Of a DNA stretch of 64,000 nt, positions 29,484-40,385 are shown piece after piece (within the stretch, counting starts at the first letter, position 1; each line of letters opens with the position of its first letter). The position numbers and the translations under genes were made by a program. The stretch comes from Candidatus Poribacteria bacterium (GTDB lineage Bacteria; Poribacteria; WGA-4E; WGA-3G). The stretch spans positions 4,736,001 to 4,800,000 of the forward strand of contig OZ244048.1 of assembly GCA_965215265.1 (NCBI GenBank), given 5' to 3'. Below the pieces are notes generated by a model, which worked only from the letters and a program-made list of their open reading frames with translations, ran no database searches and was not told the origin of the DNA.

Positions 29484-29973
29484 CGGATATCCTCCTTAGT
29501 TCCAGTTATGTTTTGATTACCGCAAATGACGCTAATAAATGCTGCGAGTTTCTTCCGTAAGTATTGCAATGTGTCGCTAATTTTTGCTACTCGGACGAAC
29601 TCCTGAGAGCAATGCAGCAAACAGGATCCAATCCTATTTATCTGGCATTATAGGCTACCTGCTTTTTTATGTCAAAGAATTTTTAGTCCATTCAAAAACA
29701 TCTATGACATCAGTGGTTACCGTCTATCTACCCGTCTCCTGTACTTTTGCCCATGTATTAGAATGTCCAGAAAGAACGTGAAAAACACCCCATATTTCCC
29801 TACCGCTTGCATAACGTGCCAATCCTCTCTGTACTCTTAGTGAACTCTCAAATGTGCCTAAAAAATTAAAAATTTGACAGAGAGCTTCAAATTGTGGTAT
29901 TTTAATATATTAGGAATGAAGATTGTAGCCGGCGATTGGAAATCATCGTTAATTTAAAGCAGCATAATTACTT

Positions 29974-31056
29974 ATGGAACCGCTCGATTTCAACTTCAAA
30001 GATATTTTCCGAGCGACTCGCTATGGATTCAGCGGGCGGAAAATCGCGGTCCATTTTATTGGGCTCGCGTTTGCATATCTGATTTACGAAATTTTGGTAT
30101 ATCTTAGTCTCTTTATCGTAGGTGGGTCAGCAGTGCAAGAGTTTTGGAGTACGCAGGGCCTTTTGCCTGTCACGCCTTTCTCCGCCGGAGACGGCCTAAA
30201 TAACTTAACTCGCTGGTTCATGTGGATAGGAGTCGCCAGTTTCGCTGGCATCTTTTTTCTTTCGAGCACTGTTGCCTCCAAAATCACCATTGAACAACTC
30301 CGAGGTGACTTTTTCTTTTCAATCGGAGATGCGGCAAAATTTCTGAAATCGCACTGGAAAACCGTTTTTGGCGCGTTCACCGGGCTGCTCCTCATTCTCT
30401 CTTTTTTCGCGTTAATCCCGCTGTCGATTGCGGGGCTCGGGCGGATACCGGAGATCGGCAAACCGATTCTGACGTTAGCCTCACTGTGTGCACCTATCGG
30501 CTTTTTCCTGGGCCTGCTAATCGCTTTCATAGCAGTCGTTTTCATCGTGAGTCTATTCTTCGTGCCAGCCGTTGTGGCAGTAACAGGGGCAGATGCGTTT
30601 GAAACCATCTACCAACAGTTCGCCATCGTCTGGAATCAACCGTGGCGGATGGTCGGTTATGAACTCCTGCTTTTCGCCACCAAACTTATATTCGTGCCAA
30701 TTTGGACGATATTCTGCCTCGGAGCCGTTTTCATTGCCATGCTCCCCTTAGGGTATCTGCATCCCCAAAAAATGGCACACCTCATGCACTACGCAAACAG
30801 GTGGCTCGGTGGTGAAGTACTACAACCCTTTTCGCAACTGCTACGCTCAGGCAGTGTAGATATATCCGTAAGCACCGCTGGTTTCTGGACACTCACGTCT
30901 GCTATCTTTTTTACAATTGCAGTCATTGGTACCGTGTTCCTAATTCTCGCTTACCTGCTCTCTATTGCTTCAGCAGGAAACACGGTGATTTATACCATTC
31001 TACGCAAACAGATTGATGGACAAAATCTCTTACATACGGAACAGGCACAAGTGTGA
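29974..31056 (+). CDS. Multi-pass membrane hypothetical protein
   Basis: 360-aa ORF with about 6-7 hydrophobic segments; TTGACA promoter-like motif at 29874. Confidence 0.8.
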   Translation: MEPLDFNFKDIFRATRYGFSGRKIAVHFIGLAFAYLIYEILVYLSLFIVGGSAVQEFWSTQGLLPVTPFSAGDGLNNLTRWFMWIGVASFAGIFFLSSTVASKITIEQLRGDFFFSIGDAAKFLKSHWKTVFGAFTGLLLILSFFALIPLSIAGLGRIPEIGKPILTLASLCAPIGFFLGLLIAFIAVVFIVSLFFVPAVVAVTGADAFETIYQQFAIVWNQPWRMVGYELLLFATKLIFVPIWTIFCLGAVFIAMLPLGYLHPQKMAHLMHYANRWLGGEVLQPFSQLLRSGSVDISVSTAGFWTLTSAIFFTIAVIGTVFLILAYLLSIASAGNTVIYTILRKQIDGQNLLHTEQAQV

Positions 31057-31168
31057 TTAAATCACCAAATCAAATTATACTCTACCCCTAAATCAGAAGT
31101 CTCTGACGCAGTAGATAACTTGAAATTTCACACCAGAGCAACCGTATTTGAGAACAAGGACGAAAAAC

Positions 31169-33874
31169 ATGATACAAAAAATGTTAACTAAGGTTTTTGG
31201 CAGCAAAGAAGACCGGGATGTTAAACGTTTTCGCTCACTGGTTGAAACAATAAACGCGCGCGAGCCGGAGATGCAAAGGCTTACAGATGCGCAACTTCAA
31301 TCCAAAACGTCAGAATTTCGCCGGCAGCTAGAAGTTGGAGCATCGCTTGATGAACTCCTACCGGATGCGTTCGCTGTAGTCCGGGAGGGCGCAGTCCGAA
31401 CTCTAAAACAGCGACACTATGATGTCCAACTTATGGGAGGCATAGCACTCCACCACGGCAATATTGCTGAAATGCGGACAGGGGAAGGCAAAACTTTAAC
31501 TTCAACCCTCGCTGTCTACTTGAACGCACTGACAGGCAAGGGTGTGCATCTTGCCACTGTCAATGATTATCTTGCTCGTCGAGATGCAGAATGGATGGGG
31601 AAAATTTACAACTTCCTGGGGCTTTCTGTCGGACTTACCTTGAGCATGATGCCACACGAACAGAAAAAACTCGGATATAAAGCTGACATCACCTACGGTG
31701 TCCACAGCGAATTCGGGTTTGATTATCTATGGGATAACAAAGCTTTATCATTAGATGCCAAGGTACAACGCGGGCACACATATTGTATACTTGACGAAGT
31801 CGATAGTATCCTGATTGATGAGGCACGAACACCCCTCATTATCTCTGAGCCCTCCGGGGAACCTCCTGAGCTCTATAAACAGATTAATAACGTTGTAGCC
31901 CCCTTAAAGCAGGATATCCACTTCCAAATCGACAAGAAGGGCAAGTCGCGCGGCAGTGCCACGCTCACAGATGAAGGGGTAGAAGAGGTACAACGCCGAC
32001 TCGGACTTGACAATCTCTATGAACATACTAACATCGCCTTAGTTCACCATGTTAATCAATCGCTTACAGCACACCAACTCTATAAACGGGATGTCGATTA
32101 CCTCGTCGAAAATGGAGAAGTTCTCCTTGTTGACGAATTCACGGGTAGAAAGCAGATCGGCAGGCGGCTCAGCGAAGGACTCCATCAAGCAATTGAAGCC
32201 AAAGAACATGTGAAAGTGGTACAAGAGAGCCAAACAGGTGCTAAAATTACCTACCAGAACTACTTCCGCATGTACGATAAATTGGCGGGAATGACAGGTA
32301 CCGCCGCGACTGAGGCAAATGAATTCTCGCACATCTACGGATTGGATGTGGTTGTGATTCCGACAAATGAACCGATGATCCGGATCGATCGCGCAGACCA
32401 GATTTACAAGAGCGAAGACGCAAAATACGCCGCAGTGTTAGACGATATTATTGAACAACACGAAAAGGGGCGGCCCATTCTCGTAGGAACAATTTCAATC
32501 GAAAATTCCGAAAAATTGAGCAAAATGCTCAGAACTAGACGGCGCGCCATCAAGCATCAGGTACTGAACGCCAAGGAACACGCTCGCGAAGCCGATATTA
32601 TCGCACAAGCCGGAGTACCCGGTGCCGTCACAATCGCGACGAACATGGCAGGGAGGGGGGTAGATATCCTCCTCGGTGGGAACCCGGAAGGCCTCGCCAC
32701 TGAAATGCTACGCAAGAACAGTAAAAAAGCCGTTGATCTTTCCACTGAATCAGATGAATTCCAACACGCACTTTCAGAAGCAGAACAGATTTGTGACGCA
32801 GACCGAGAAAAGGTACTCGCCGCTGGAGGACTACACATCATAGGCACCGAAAGACACGAATCACGCCGAATTGATAACCAGCTCCGCGGGCGCTCCGGCA
32901 GGCAAGGCGACCCCGGCTCATCCAGATTCTACCTATCGCTTGAGGATGAACTCATGCGGAAATTTGGCTCTGAGCGATTACAAACACTTATGACACGCGT
33001 CGGAATGGAAGAAGACATCCCGCTTGAGCATCCATGGGTTACCAAATCTATCGAGAAAGCACAAACACGTGTCGAACAGATGAACTTCGAAATTCGAAAG
33101 AATTTGCTTAAATTTGATGATGTTATGGATTCACAGCGCGATACCATCTACACTTTGCGCGATACTGTCCTCAGCGGCGATGATTTGAAGACAACAATTT
33201 GGGACATGATTGACAGAAGTGTCGCCGACGCTATTACTGATAACTTCGCAGAGACCGGCGGAAAAACTATCGAGAATCCAGAGAGATTCACGCGATGGGT
33301 AACTTCTACCTTCCCTGTTAAACTGACTTGGACGAAGCCTTTAGAGCAAGCAACACCAGACGAAATTCACAATGAAGTCATCAACGCACTGCAAAACGCT
33401 TACAAAGAACGGGAGACGGACATGGGTGAAGAAGCCATGCGGATACTTGAACGCTTGCTCCTCTTGGACAGAATTGATAGCCACTGGAAAGATCACCTCT
33501 ACAATATTGATTACATTGAAGAGGGCATCCGGTTTGGGGCTGGATATGGCGGCAAAGACCCGATTGTTGTTTTCAAAAATGAAGCACTCGGCGTGTTTGA
33601 GAGCATGTATCAACACATTGAAGAAGAAGTCAGCGAATTCATCTTCAAATCCCGGCTCAATACTGAGGCACCCCGCCGCACGAACGCACGGCGAAGTCCC
33701 AACAGAACGCGCAGGAAGATGCCTAAGCGAGCCCGAAACATAGGCGAAAGTTCTACCCAAGATTCAGCTGAATTTGCATCTAAACAGGCAATGGGAACTA
33801 TACCCAAGGTTGGAAGAAATGCACCCTGTCCTTGTGGTAGCGGAAAGAAATACAAAAGATGCCACGGGCAGTAA
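31169..33874 (+). CDS. secA: Preprotein translocase ATPase SecA
   Basis: [79 protein letters not shown]. Confidence 0.99.
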   Translation: MIQKMLTKVFGSKEDRDVKRFRSLVETINAREPEMQRLTDAQLQSKTSEFRRQLEVGASLDELLPDAFAVVREGAVRTLKQRHYDVQLMGGIALHHGNIAEMRTGEGKTLTSTLAVYLNALTGKGVHLATVNDYLARRDAEWMGKIYNFLGLSVGLTLSMMPHEQKKLGYKADITYGVHSEFGFDYLWDNKALSLDAKVQRGHTYCILDEVDSILIDEARTPLIISEPSGEPPELYKQINNVVAPLKQDIHFQIDKKGKSRGSATLTDEGVEEVQRRLGLDNLYEHTNIALVHHVNQSLTAHQLYKRDVDYLVENGEVLLVDEFTGRKQIGRRLSEGLHQAIEAKEHVKVVQESQTGAKITYQNYFRMYDKLAGMTGTAATEANEFSHIYGLDVVVIPTNEPMIRIDRADQIYKSEDAKYAAVLDDIIEQHEKGRPILVGTISIENSEKLSKMLRTRRRAIKHQVLNAKEHAREADIIAQAGVPGAVTIATNMAGRGVDILLGGNPEGLATEMLRKNSKKAVDLSTESDEFQHALSEAEQICDADREKVLAAGGLHIIGTERHESRRIDNQLRGRSGRQGDPGSSRFYLSLEDELMRKFGSERLQTLMTRVGMEEDIPLEHPWVTKSIEKAQTRVEQMNFEIRKNLLKFDDVMDSQRDTIYTLRDTVLSGDDLKTTIWDMIDRSVADAITDNFAETGGKTIENPERFTRWVTSTFPVKLTWTKPLEQATPDEIHNEVINALQNAYKERETDMGEEAMRILERLLLLDRIDSHWKDHLYNIDYIEEGIRFGAGYGGKDPIVVFKNEALGVFESMYQHIEEEVSEFIFKSRLNTEAPRRTNARRSPNRTRRKMPKRARNIGESSTQDSAEFASKQAMGTIPKVGRNAPCPCGSGKKYKRCHGQ

Positions 33875-33982
33875 TTTACCTACAATCGCCAGAATTAAGA
33901 TGGGGACGAGGCAAACGCGGCCCATCTCACCGTAGACTTTTTGGCACAGCCTATTGCAATAAGAACAACAAGGAGGTCGCTT

Positions 33983-34180
33983 TTGAATTCTAACAACTCA
34001 TATACCGATACAACCCTATCGAAAACATTACTTGAACTCCTCGCCTGTCCTGCATGTAAAGGTGAGCTCGAATACCTTGAGAGTGAGGAAAAATTGAGAT
34101 GCCTGGGCGAATGTCAACGCCGATATCCAATTCGAGACGGTATTCCTGTTATGTTGATTGACGAAGCAGAACTACCGTAA
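33983..34180 (+). CDS. Trm112/YcaR family small protein
   Basis: LLELLACPACKGEL...YPIRDGIPVMLIDEA; AGGAGG RBS before TTG. Confidence 0.9.
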   Translation: MNSNNSYTDTTLSKTLLELLACPACKGELEYLESEEKLRCLGECQRRYPIRDGIPVMLIDEAELP

Positions 34181-34302
34181 GGCAGTGCCTTGTACGGACA
34201 AGTCGGCATGTTCTTTAGCCTTCAGGGCAAAGGTTTTCCGGAACCTGACTTTAGCTTCGCACGAGACAGCTGGCGAGTTCGGAAAAGTTAGTGGCAATCT
34301 AC

Positions 34303-35550
34303 ATGAAAATCCTATTTTTAAGCCTGCGATGCCCGTATCCGCCACACCGAGGCGACCGGATTCGTTCATATCACTTTATCAAACAACTTTCGCAACAGCA
34401 CGAGATAACGCTTGTCTATTTTGCTGAATCAGAGGCGGATATTGAAGCAGCACAGCATCTTCAAGCATACTGTAAACGTGTTGCCTGGGTGCCCTTCCGC
34501 CGGCACTATGCCCTGATAAATACAGCCGTTCGAAGCCTCTCACCGCACCCGCTTCAAGTGCATTATTGGTATGCGCCCCAAATGCAGCGTCGGATTAATG
34601 AACTCCTCGGACAAAACCAGTTTGATCTGATTCACGCGCAGCTTTTTCGGATGGGACAATACGTCACAAACGTCCAAGGCATAGCGAAAATGTTAGATTT
34701 GTGCGATTCCTTGGCACTCAATCTCAATCGACGCGCAAATTTAGATTGCACACCAAAACGTTTTTTGGTAAAATTAGAAGAAAAGCGTGTCCGCCGATAT
34801 GAAATTGAAATTATGAAAGCGTTTGATTGTGGAACCGTGGTTGCTGATTTTGATAAAGATTACCTACTTCAGCAGGACAGCAGTCTGAATTTATCCGTTG
34901 TCCCTATGGGCGTGGATCTGGCCTATTTTCAACCCGACCTGCCTTCAAGCTGTTGGAAAGAAGCAGCTGACACCTCGCCTAACAGCCGCACAGCCGAGGT
35001 GCCCGTTCTGTTGTTTACCGGGACAATGAGTTACTTTCCGAATTCAGATGCCGCAGTCTATTTCTGTGAGGAAATTTTTCCACAAATCCGGGAACAACAT
35101 CCGGATGCAACCTTCTACATAGTTGGGAAAGATCCGCCACAACACGTGCAGCGGCTCTCTATGAAACCCGGGATCGTTATTACCGGTTATGTACCGGATG
35201 TCCGGCCCTATTTTAAAAAAGCATCGGTCTTTGTTGCACCGCTGCGCGCAGGCTCCGGCATACAAACCAAGAACCTGGAAGCGATGGCGATGGGCATTCC
35301 AGTCGTGACCAGCTCCGTCGGGGCGATTGGACTAGAGACGGACATACATAAGCAAGAACTTCTAGTAGCGGATACCCCGGAAACCTTCGCCAAATACGTT
35401 ATTCAACTCATAAACAATAGGCATTTGCGAGAAACCTTCGCTATTGCTGGTAGAAAACGGGTTGAAGTTTCCTATAGCTGGTCTGCAATTGGCGAAAATT
35501 TAGAACAAGTCTACACCCAATGTCTAAAAAAGAGGAGGGAATATGGCTAA
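34303..35550 (+). CDS. GT4 glycosyltransferase
   Basis: PYPPHRGDRIRSY, MGVDLAYF, FTGTMSYFPN, GIQTKNLEAMAMGIPVV. Confidence 0.9.
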   Translation: MKILFLSLRCPYPPHRGDRIRSYHFIKQLSQQHEITLVYFAESEADIEAAQHLQAYCKRVAWVPFRRHYALINTAVRSLSPHPLQVHYWYAPQMQRRINELLGQNQFDLIHAQLFRMGQYVTNVQGIAKMLDLCDSLALNLNRRANLDCTPKRFLVKLEEKRVRRYEIEIMKAFDCGTVVADFDKDYLLQQDSSLNLSVVPMGVDLAYFQPDLPSSCWKEAADTSPNSRTAEVPVLLFTGTMSYFPNSDAAVYFCEEIFPQIREQHPDATFYIVGKDPPQHVQRLSMKPGIVITGYVPDVRPYFKKASVFVAPLRAGSGIQTKNLEAMAMGIPVVTSSVGAIGLETDIHKQELLVADTPETFAKYVIQLINNRHLRETFAIAGRKRVEVSYSWSAIGENLEQVYTQCLKKRREYG

Positions 35551-37630
35551 ACCCCAAGTAAAATGGCGTTCTTCAATTGTTATTGATGTGATTCTTGTTA
35601 ACACAGCATTTCTATTCGCCTATTATACCTGCAAGCAATTAGGCTTTGACTTAATTGAAAATCTGCTATTTGTAAACGAGTTACAAAACGGAAAACTCGC
35701 TCCCGAAACGGCACAACTGGCTCCGCTTTTCCCATACGGTGCATCGCCTTACCATTACTATTTCACAATTGCCGCGATTGTGACGTTAGTTCGCATTAGT
35801 TCCTTGCTCGGTTTTAATCTCTATAAACCAATATGGCAATATGCCGATGTTCAGGAGTTCCGCGCCTTAACCGGCGCAACCGCGTTGGCGACGTTAGTCC
35901 TTGTCGCGTTAGCATCATTTTTAAATCTTCCTTGGGTTCCTTTTTTAATTGATGGACTTTATAATTTTGTATTTTTCTTCTGGGGACGTTCTTGTCTGAC
36001 AATGCAACGTCCGCCTTATTCGCCGATCTATTTCTTTAAAAAATTGCGTGAACAACAACGTTCCCGAAACAAAATGCAACTGCACCTCTCCTCCTGCAAA
36101 AAGGTACTAATTGTCGGTGCAGGGGAGACAGGCATCGGAGTGCTACGCGCGCTCAGAAACCATCCCGAAAAAGGATACCTTCCGATCGGATTCATTGACG
36201 ATGACCTCCGCAAGATTGGAAAAAGCATCTTAGGTTTGGAAGTACTTGGCACGACGCGCGACTTGACATACATCACCCGGAAACGCGAAATTAAAGAAGT
36301 TGTCATTGCCATCCCTTCAGCACCCAGCGGAAAAATTCGAGAAATTATTCGACGCTGTGAATATCGAGGTTGTCAATTCAGGATTGTCCCCAATATTCAC
36401 GCAATCCTTGAAGGACGCGCGAGCGTTAATCACATCCGGGAGGTCCGCTTTGAAGATCTTTTGAACCGCTCTACCTCGGAAATCGATATCGCAGAAGTTT
36501 CGAAATATCTCTCCGGGAAGCGTGTAGTGGTAACTGGAGCTGGCGGTTCAATTGGGTCAGAACTCTGTCGCCAAGTCGCAAAACTCAATCCAGAACTTTT
36601 GATTCTCTTCGGACGTGGGGAAAACAGTCTTTACCATACAGATATAGAACTTCGTGAATCTGAGCCGCATCTCAATCGTGCAGTCATCGTCGGAGATATT
36701 CGTGATAATTCCAAAGTCAACAAAATTATCCAGAAATACAAGCCGCACATTATCTTCCATGCCGCTGCCCATAAACATGTCAAATTCATGGAAAATCACC
36801 CCGATGAAGCCGTTAAGAATAATATTCTCGGCACACAGAACCTCATAGAAGCCGCCATAGAACATCATGTAGAGGCGTTTATTCTCGTCTCCTCTGATAA
36901 AGCGGTGAATCCGACGAGTGTCTACGGTGCCTCTAAGCGCGTAACCGAAAAATTAATTCAGTGTAAAGCGCGACGGAACGGGACACGTTTTATTGCAGTC
37001 AGATTCGGCAACGTTATTGGCAGCCGAGCCAGCGTGCTCCCCAATTTTAAACGACAAATTGCGAAAGGCGGGCCGGTCACCGTAACCCATCGCGAAGCAA
37101 CACGCTATTTTATGACAATCCCTGAAGCCGTGCAGCTCCTCATCCAAGCAGGGGCAATGGGAAATGGCGGCGAAATTCTGATGTTAGACATGGGCGAACC
37201 CATTAAAATTCTAGATCTCGCACGAGCCCTGATCCGACTCTCAGGACTTGAAGTCGAGAAAGACATCAAAATTGCTTTCACCGGACTCGATCCTGGCGAA
37301 AAGTTATATGAAGAACTCCTAACGCCACAAGAAGGGGTCACCGCAACAAAGCACCAACGCATTTTCGTGGCTCAGCTCGAAAAAATAGAGGAACGTCAAT
37401 TGCTATCCCAGATTGAGGAACTCGCACAACTCGCTGATGCACTTGATGCCGAAGGCATTGTCGCGAAATTCCAAGAACTCGTTCCAACATACGAACCGAA
37501 CCGGACGTTCCACACGGATAGTGATGAGGACATCACCAGCAGTACTGAAAAACCCGATATCGTCAGGTTCCCAAACGAAACGAAAACTGATGAAGATGAC
37601 GTTTTGTTAACGAATCGAAAGGTCCACTGA
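35543..37630 (+). CDS. CapD/PglF-type nucleoside-diphosphate sugar dehydratase
   Basis: N-terminal TMs, IVGAGETG, VTGAGGSIGSELCRQ, FHAAAHKHV, SSDKAVNP, VRFGNVIGS. Confidence 0.93.
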   Translation: MAKPQVKWRSSIVIDVILVNTAFLFAYYTCKQLGFDLIENLLFVNELQNGKLAPETAQLAPLFPYGASPYHYYFTIAAIVTLVRISSLLGFNLYKPIWQYADVQEFRALTGATALATLVLVALASFLNLPWVPFLIDGLYNFVFFFWGRSCLTMQRPPYSPIYFFKKLREQQRSRNKMQLHLSSCKKVLIVGAGETGIGVLRALRNHPEKGYLPIGFIDDDLRKIGKSILGLEVLGTTRDLTYITRKREIKEVVIAIPSAPSGKIREIIRRCEYRGCQFRIVPNIHAILEGRASVNHIREVRFEDLLNRSTSEIDIAEVSKYLSGKRVVVTGAGGSIGSELCRQVAKLNPELLILFGRGENSLYHTDIELRESEPHLNRAVIVGDIRDNSKVNKIIQKYKPHIIFHAAAHKHVKFMENHPDEAVKNNILGTQNLIEAAIEHHVEAFILVSSDKAVNPTSVYGASKRVTEKLIQCKARRNGTRFIAVRFGNVIGSRASVLPNFKRQIAKGGPVTVTHREATRYFMTIPEAVQLLIQAGAMGNGGEILMLDMGEPIKILDLARALIRLSGLEVEKDIKIAFTGLDPGEKLYEELLTPQEGVTATKHQRIFVAQLEKIEERQLLSQIEELAQLADALDAEGIVAKFQELVPTYEPNRTFHTDSDEDITSSTEKPDIVRFPNETKTDEDDVLLTNRKVH

Positions 37631-37724
37631 TTCGAAGGAAAATGCATCGGCACCAGAAAGTGCTACGGTTATAGAAAACGTTGACGTATAGATAACCTTA
37701 TCACTAATGTAGCCAAAAATTGCG

Positions 37725-38429
37725 ATGAAGAAATTCGGCACCAAATCGCAGGCGAGTCATGCCGTGCGTCTCACCGGGGGAACTTCTAAAAAACGCCACA
37801 ACTACTTGAAACGGCTGTTCGATCTTCTCTTTGCAACAGTAGCCTTAGTCCTGCTTTCACCCCTTTTTTTGATTGGAAGCGTACTCGCTAAGTTGCAATC
37901 CACGGGGCCCGTGTTTTACAAAGGGAAACGGGTCGGCAAAAACGAGATTATTTTTGAGATGTACAAATTCAGGACGATGGTTGTTAATGCTGACAAAATC
38001 GGGGGGGATTTGACAACCTATCAGGATTCACGTATTACAACCCTCGGCCAATTTTTGAGATGGACGAAGTTGGACGAGCTCCCGAATTTAATTAACGTGA
38101 TGAAAGGTGAAATGAGTTTGATTGGACCCCGCCCTGAAGCGCCTGCATACGTTCGATATTATACTGAAATACAGAAACAGGTACTACAAGTGAGACCGGG
38201 GATGACCGGCCCATCGCAGCTTGCAAATCGACATGAAGAACAGAAACTCAAAGCACAATGCAATCCTGAGCATTATTACATAACAGAGTTAATGCCCAAG
38301 AAACTTGCCTTGGATCTTCACTATGTCGCAACACAAAGTTTTGCTACAGATCTCGGCTGGCTGTTTAAAACTGTCTGGGTAGTCATTTTTTATGCAAAAA
38401 CACGAAACGGAGGCAGAGATGAAAAATAA
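37725..38429 (+). CDS. Bacterial sugar transferase (phosphoglycosyl transferase)
   Basis: KRLFDL, YKFRTM, KLDELPNLINVMKGEMSLIGPRPE, RPGMTG. Confidence 0.93.
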   Translation: MKKFGTKSQASHAVRLTGGTSKKRHNYLKRLFDLLFATVALVLLSPLFLIGSVLAKLQSTGPVFYKGKRVGKNEIIFEMYKFRTMVVNADKIGGDLTTYQDSRITTLGQFLRWTKLDELPNLINVMKGEMSLIGPRPEAPAYVRYYTEIQKQVLQVRPGMTGPSQLANRHEEQKLKAQCNPEHYYITELMPKKLALDLHYVATQSFATDLGWLFKTVWVVIFYAKTRNGGRDEK

Positions 38430-39285
38430 ACGAGTACTCATTATTTTAGTTACTATAATCGGACTGTTTTTTTTTACGGTAGTTCTACGTTTAATGCTCG
38501 GCAGTACTGCAATAGGGGAAAAGGTTGGAGTCATTGATATCATAGGTGTCATTTCACAAGCGGATCCGACTATTAAACTGATACACGCTTATCGCGATGA
38601 TCCGAGCGTGAAGGCAGTTGTTATCAGAATTGATACCCCCGGTGGCAGTGTTGCACCTGTACAAGAAATTTATAGTGAACTCAAAAAAATAGATAAGCCG
38701 CTTGTGGCTTCAATGGGGGGAACAGCAGCATCTGGCGGCTATTATCTCGCTTGTGCAGCCGATACAATTGTCGCAAACCCCGGGACATTGACCGGGAGTA
38801 TCGGCGTTATCATGCAGTTCACACGGATAGAAGACTTATACAACAAAGTCGGCTTAGAACAGCAGGTGATAAAAAGTGGGAAATTTAAGGATAAAGGTTC
38901 ACCTTTTCGTGAAATGAATGAAGAAGAACGCATCATTCTTCAAGAAACCGTTGATGATGTTCACGCGCAATTTGTGGAAACAATCTTTCAAGCAAGGGAA
39001 GTACACTTAACGCGAGGCGAAGTAGAAGAACTGGCCGATGGGCGAATCTTTTCCGGTAAACAAGCATTAGATTTTAAGCTGCTTGACAAACTCGGAAATC
39101 TGCCTGAAGCGATTGAGGTTGCAGGACAACTCGCGAACATTCAGGGAACCCCCAAGGTTGTACGAAAAGAGAAAAAAGTGTCCTTACTTGAACAACTGTT
39201 AGGTATCAACGCAATCTCGAAACTGGATAATATATTCGGAGAAACCAGCCCCACTTTTCGATATCAACTCAATCTCCGACCTTAA
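38419..39285 (+). CDS. sppA: Signal peptide peptidase, 36K type
   Basis: RIDTPGGSV, AASGGYYLAC, TGSIGVI, KSGKFKD, ADGRIFSG. Confidence 0.93.
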   Translation: MKNKRVLIILVTIIGLFFFTVVLRLMLGSTAIGEKVGVIDIIGVISQADPTIKLIHAYRDDPSVKAVVIRIDTPGGSVAPVQEIYSELKKIDKPLVASMGGTAASGGYYLACAADTIVANPGTLTGSIGVIMQFTRIEDLYNKVGLEQQVIKSGKFKDKGSPFREMNEEERIILQETVDDVHAQFVETIFQAREVHLTRGEVEELADGRIFSGKQALDFKLLDKLGNLPEAIEVAGQLANIQGTPKVVRKEKKVSLLEQLLGINAISKLDNIFGETSPTFRYQLNLRP

Positions 39286-39296
39286 AGGAATGCGCG

Positions 39297-40370
39297 ATGA
39301 ATTTTCTTTATGAAGCGAACCAAGAATGGAGGCAGCTGGCGAGGCAGCTCGTCACACCGCAGCAGTTGGTACTCGTCATCGGTGCTAGTGATGTCGGAAA
39401 ATCAACGTTCTGTCGTTTCTTGGTGAAGTCTGCTGTGGAGAAAGGGTTGAAGGTCGCGTTTATAGATACCGATATCGGCCAATCCCAAATTGGGCCGCCT
39501 ACGACAATTGGCATGAGGGTTTTTACGTCAAATCGGATAGATGGCGAAGCAGAAGACACACTCTATTTCGTCGGTGCTATATCGCCTCAGCGTAATCAAC
39601 TTGAGATGATAACCGGGGCGCGGTTAATGGTAGAAAAGGCACATGAAACTGGGTGTGATTTCATCGTTATAGATACAACAGGATATGTTCATGATACTGC
39701 CGCCGTGGTTCTCAAGCAGCACAAAATAGAACTGCTCCGCCCCTGCCACCTCATTTGCCTTGGTAGAGTCAGCGAATTAGAACGAATCACTGCATCCTAC
39801 AGCCAATTGGATTGGCTCAGCATCCATCATTTATTACCACATAAACAGATCCGTTATAAAAGCGTCGAAGCGCGCCGCCGCTATAGAAGTGCTCAATTTA
39901 GTGCCTATTTTGCAGGCAGTACCGTGCAGCAGATACCTTTTGAACAGATTCGCGGTGCACGCGCTCCGTTTTTTATAGGGCGCATCGCAAACGAGAAAGA
40001 GTTAGCGTTGCTAACCCGTTTCGCGGAAACCGGAGTCCATCATGCTGAATGGGGGCACCGCGCATTGTCTCTCGTTACAGAGGAACCTCTGTCTCAATTT
40101 GCTCTAGAGCGCATCAAAAACTATTTGAGTTTGAAGCATGTTACCGCAGAAGTCCGCTCATACTTTGAAAAGCGCCTGGTCGGGTTAATCGGAACAACGG
40201 GGAATACACTTGCTATCGGAATTATTGAGACAATTGATTTTCAAAATCGGCAGCTCAGCATCCGATGCCAAGCAGATGTCGCCAAGGACGCTTGCATACT
40301 CCAATTTGGTGATTACGAAGCATCCCGGAGAGAGTTGATTCGCCTTGAAGAATCTGAAGTGTCTAAGTAA
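39297..40370 (+). CDS. Clp1/Grc3-family polynucleotide 5'-kinase
   Basis: GASDVGKST (Walker A), DTDIGQSQIGPP, IDTTGYV, RRRYR lid. Confidence 0.85.
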   Translation: MNFLYEANQEWRQLARQLVTPQQLVLVIGASDVGKSTFCRFLVKSAVEKGLKVAFIDTDIGQSQIGPPTTIGMRVFTSNRIDGEAEDTLYFVGAISPQRNQLEMITGARLMVEKAHETGCDFIVIDTTGYVHDTAAVVLKQHKIELLRPCHLICLGRVSELERITASYSQLDWLSIHHLLPHKQIRYKSVEARRRYRSAQFSAYFAGSTVQQIPFEQIRGARAPFFIGRIANEKELALLTRFAETGVHHAEWGHRALSLVTEEPLSQFALERIKNYLSLKHVTAEVRSYFEKRLVGLIGTTGNTLAIGIIETIDFQNRQLSIRCQADVAKDACILQFGDYEASRRELIRLEESEVSK

Positions 40371-40385
40371 GGCACAATGTAGCAG

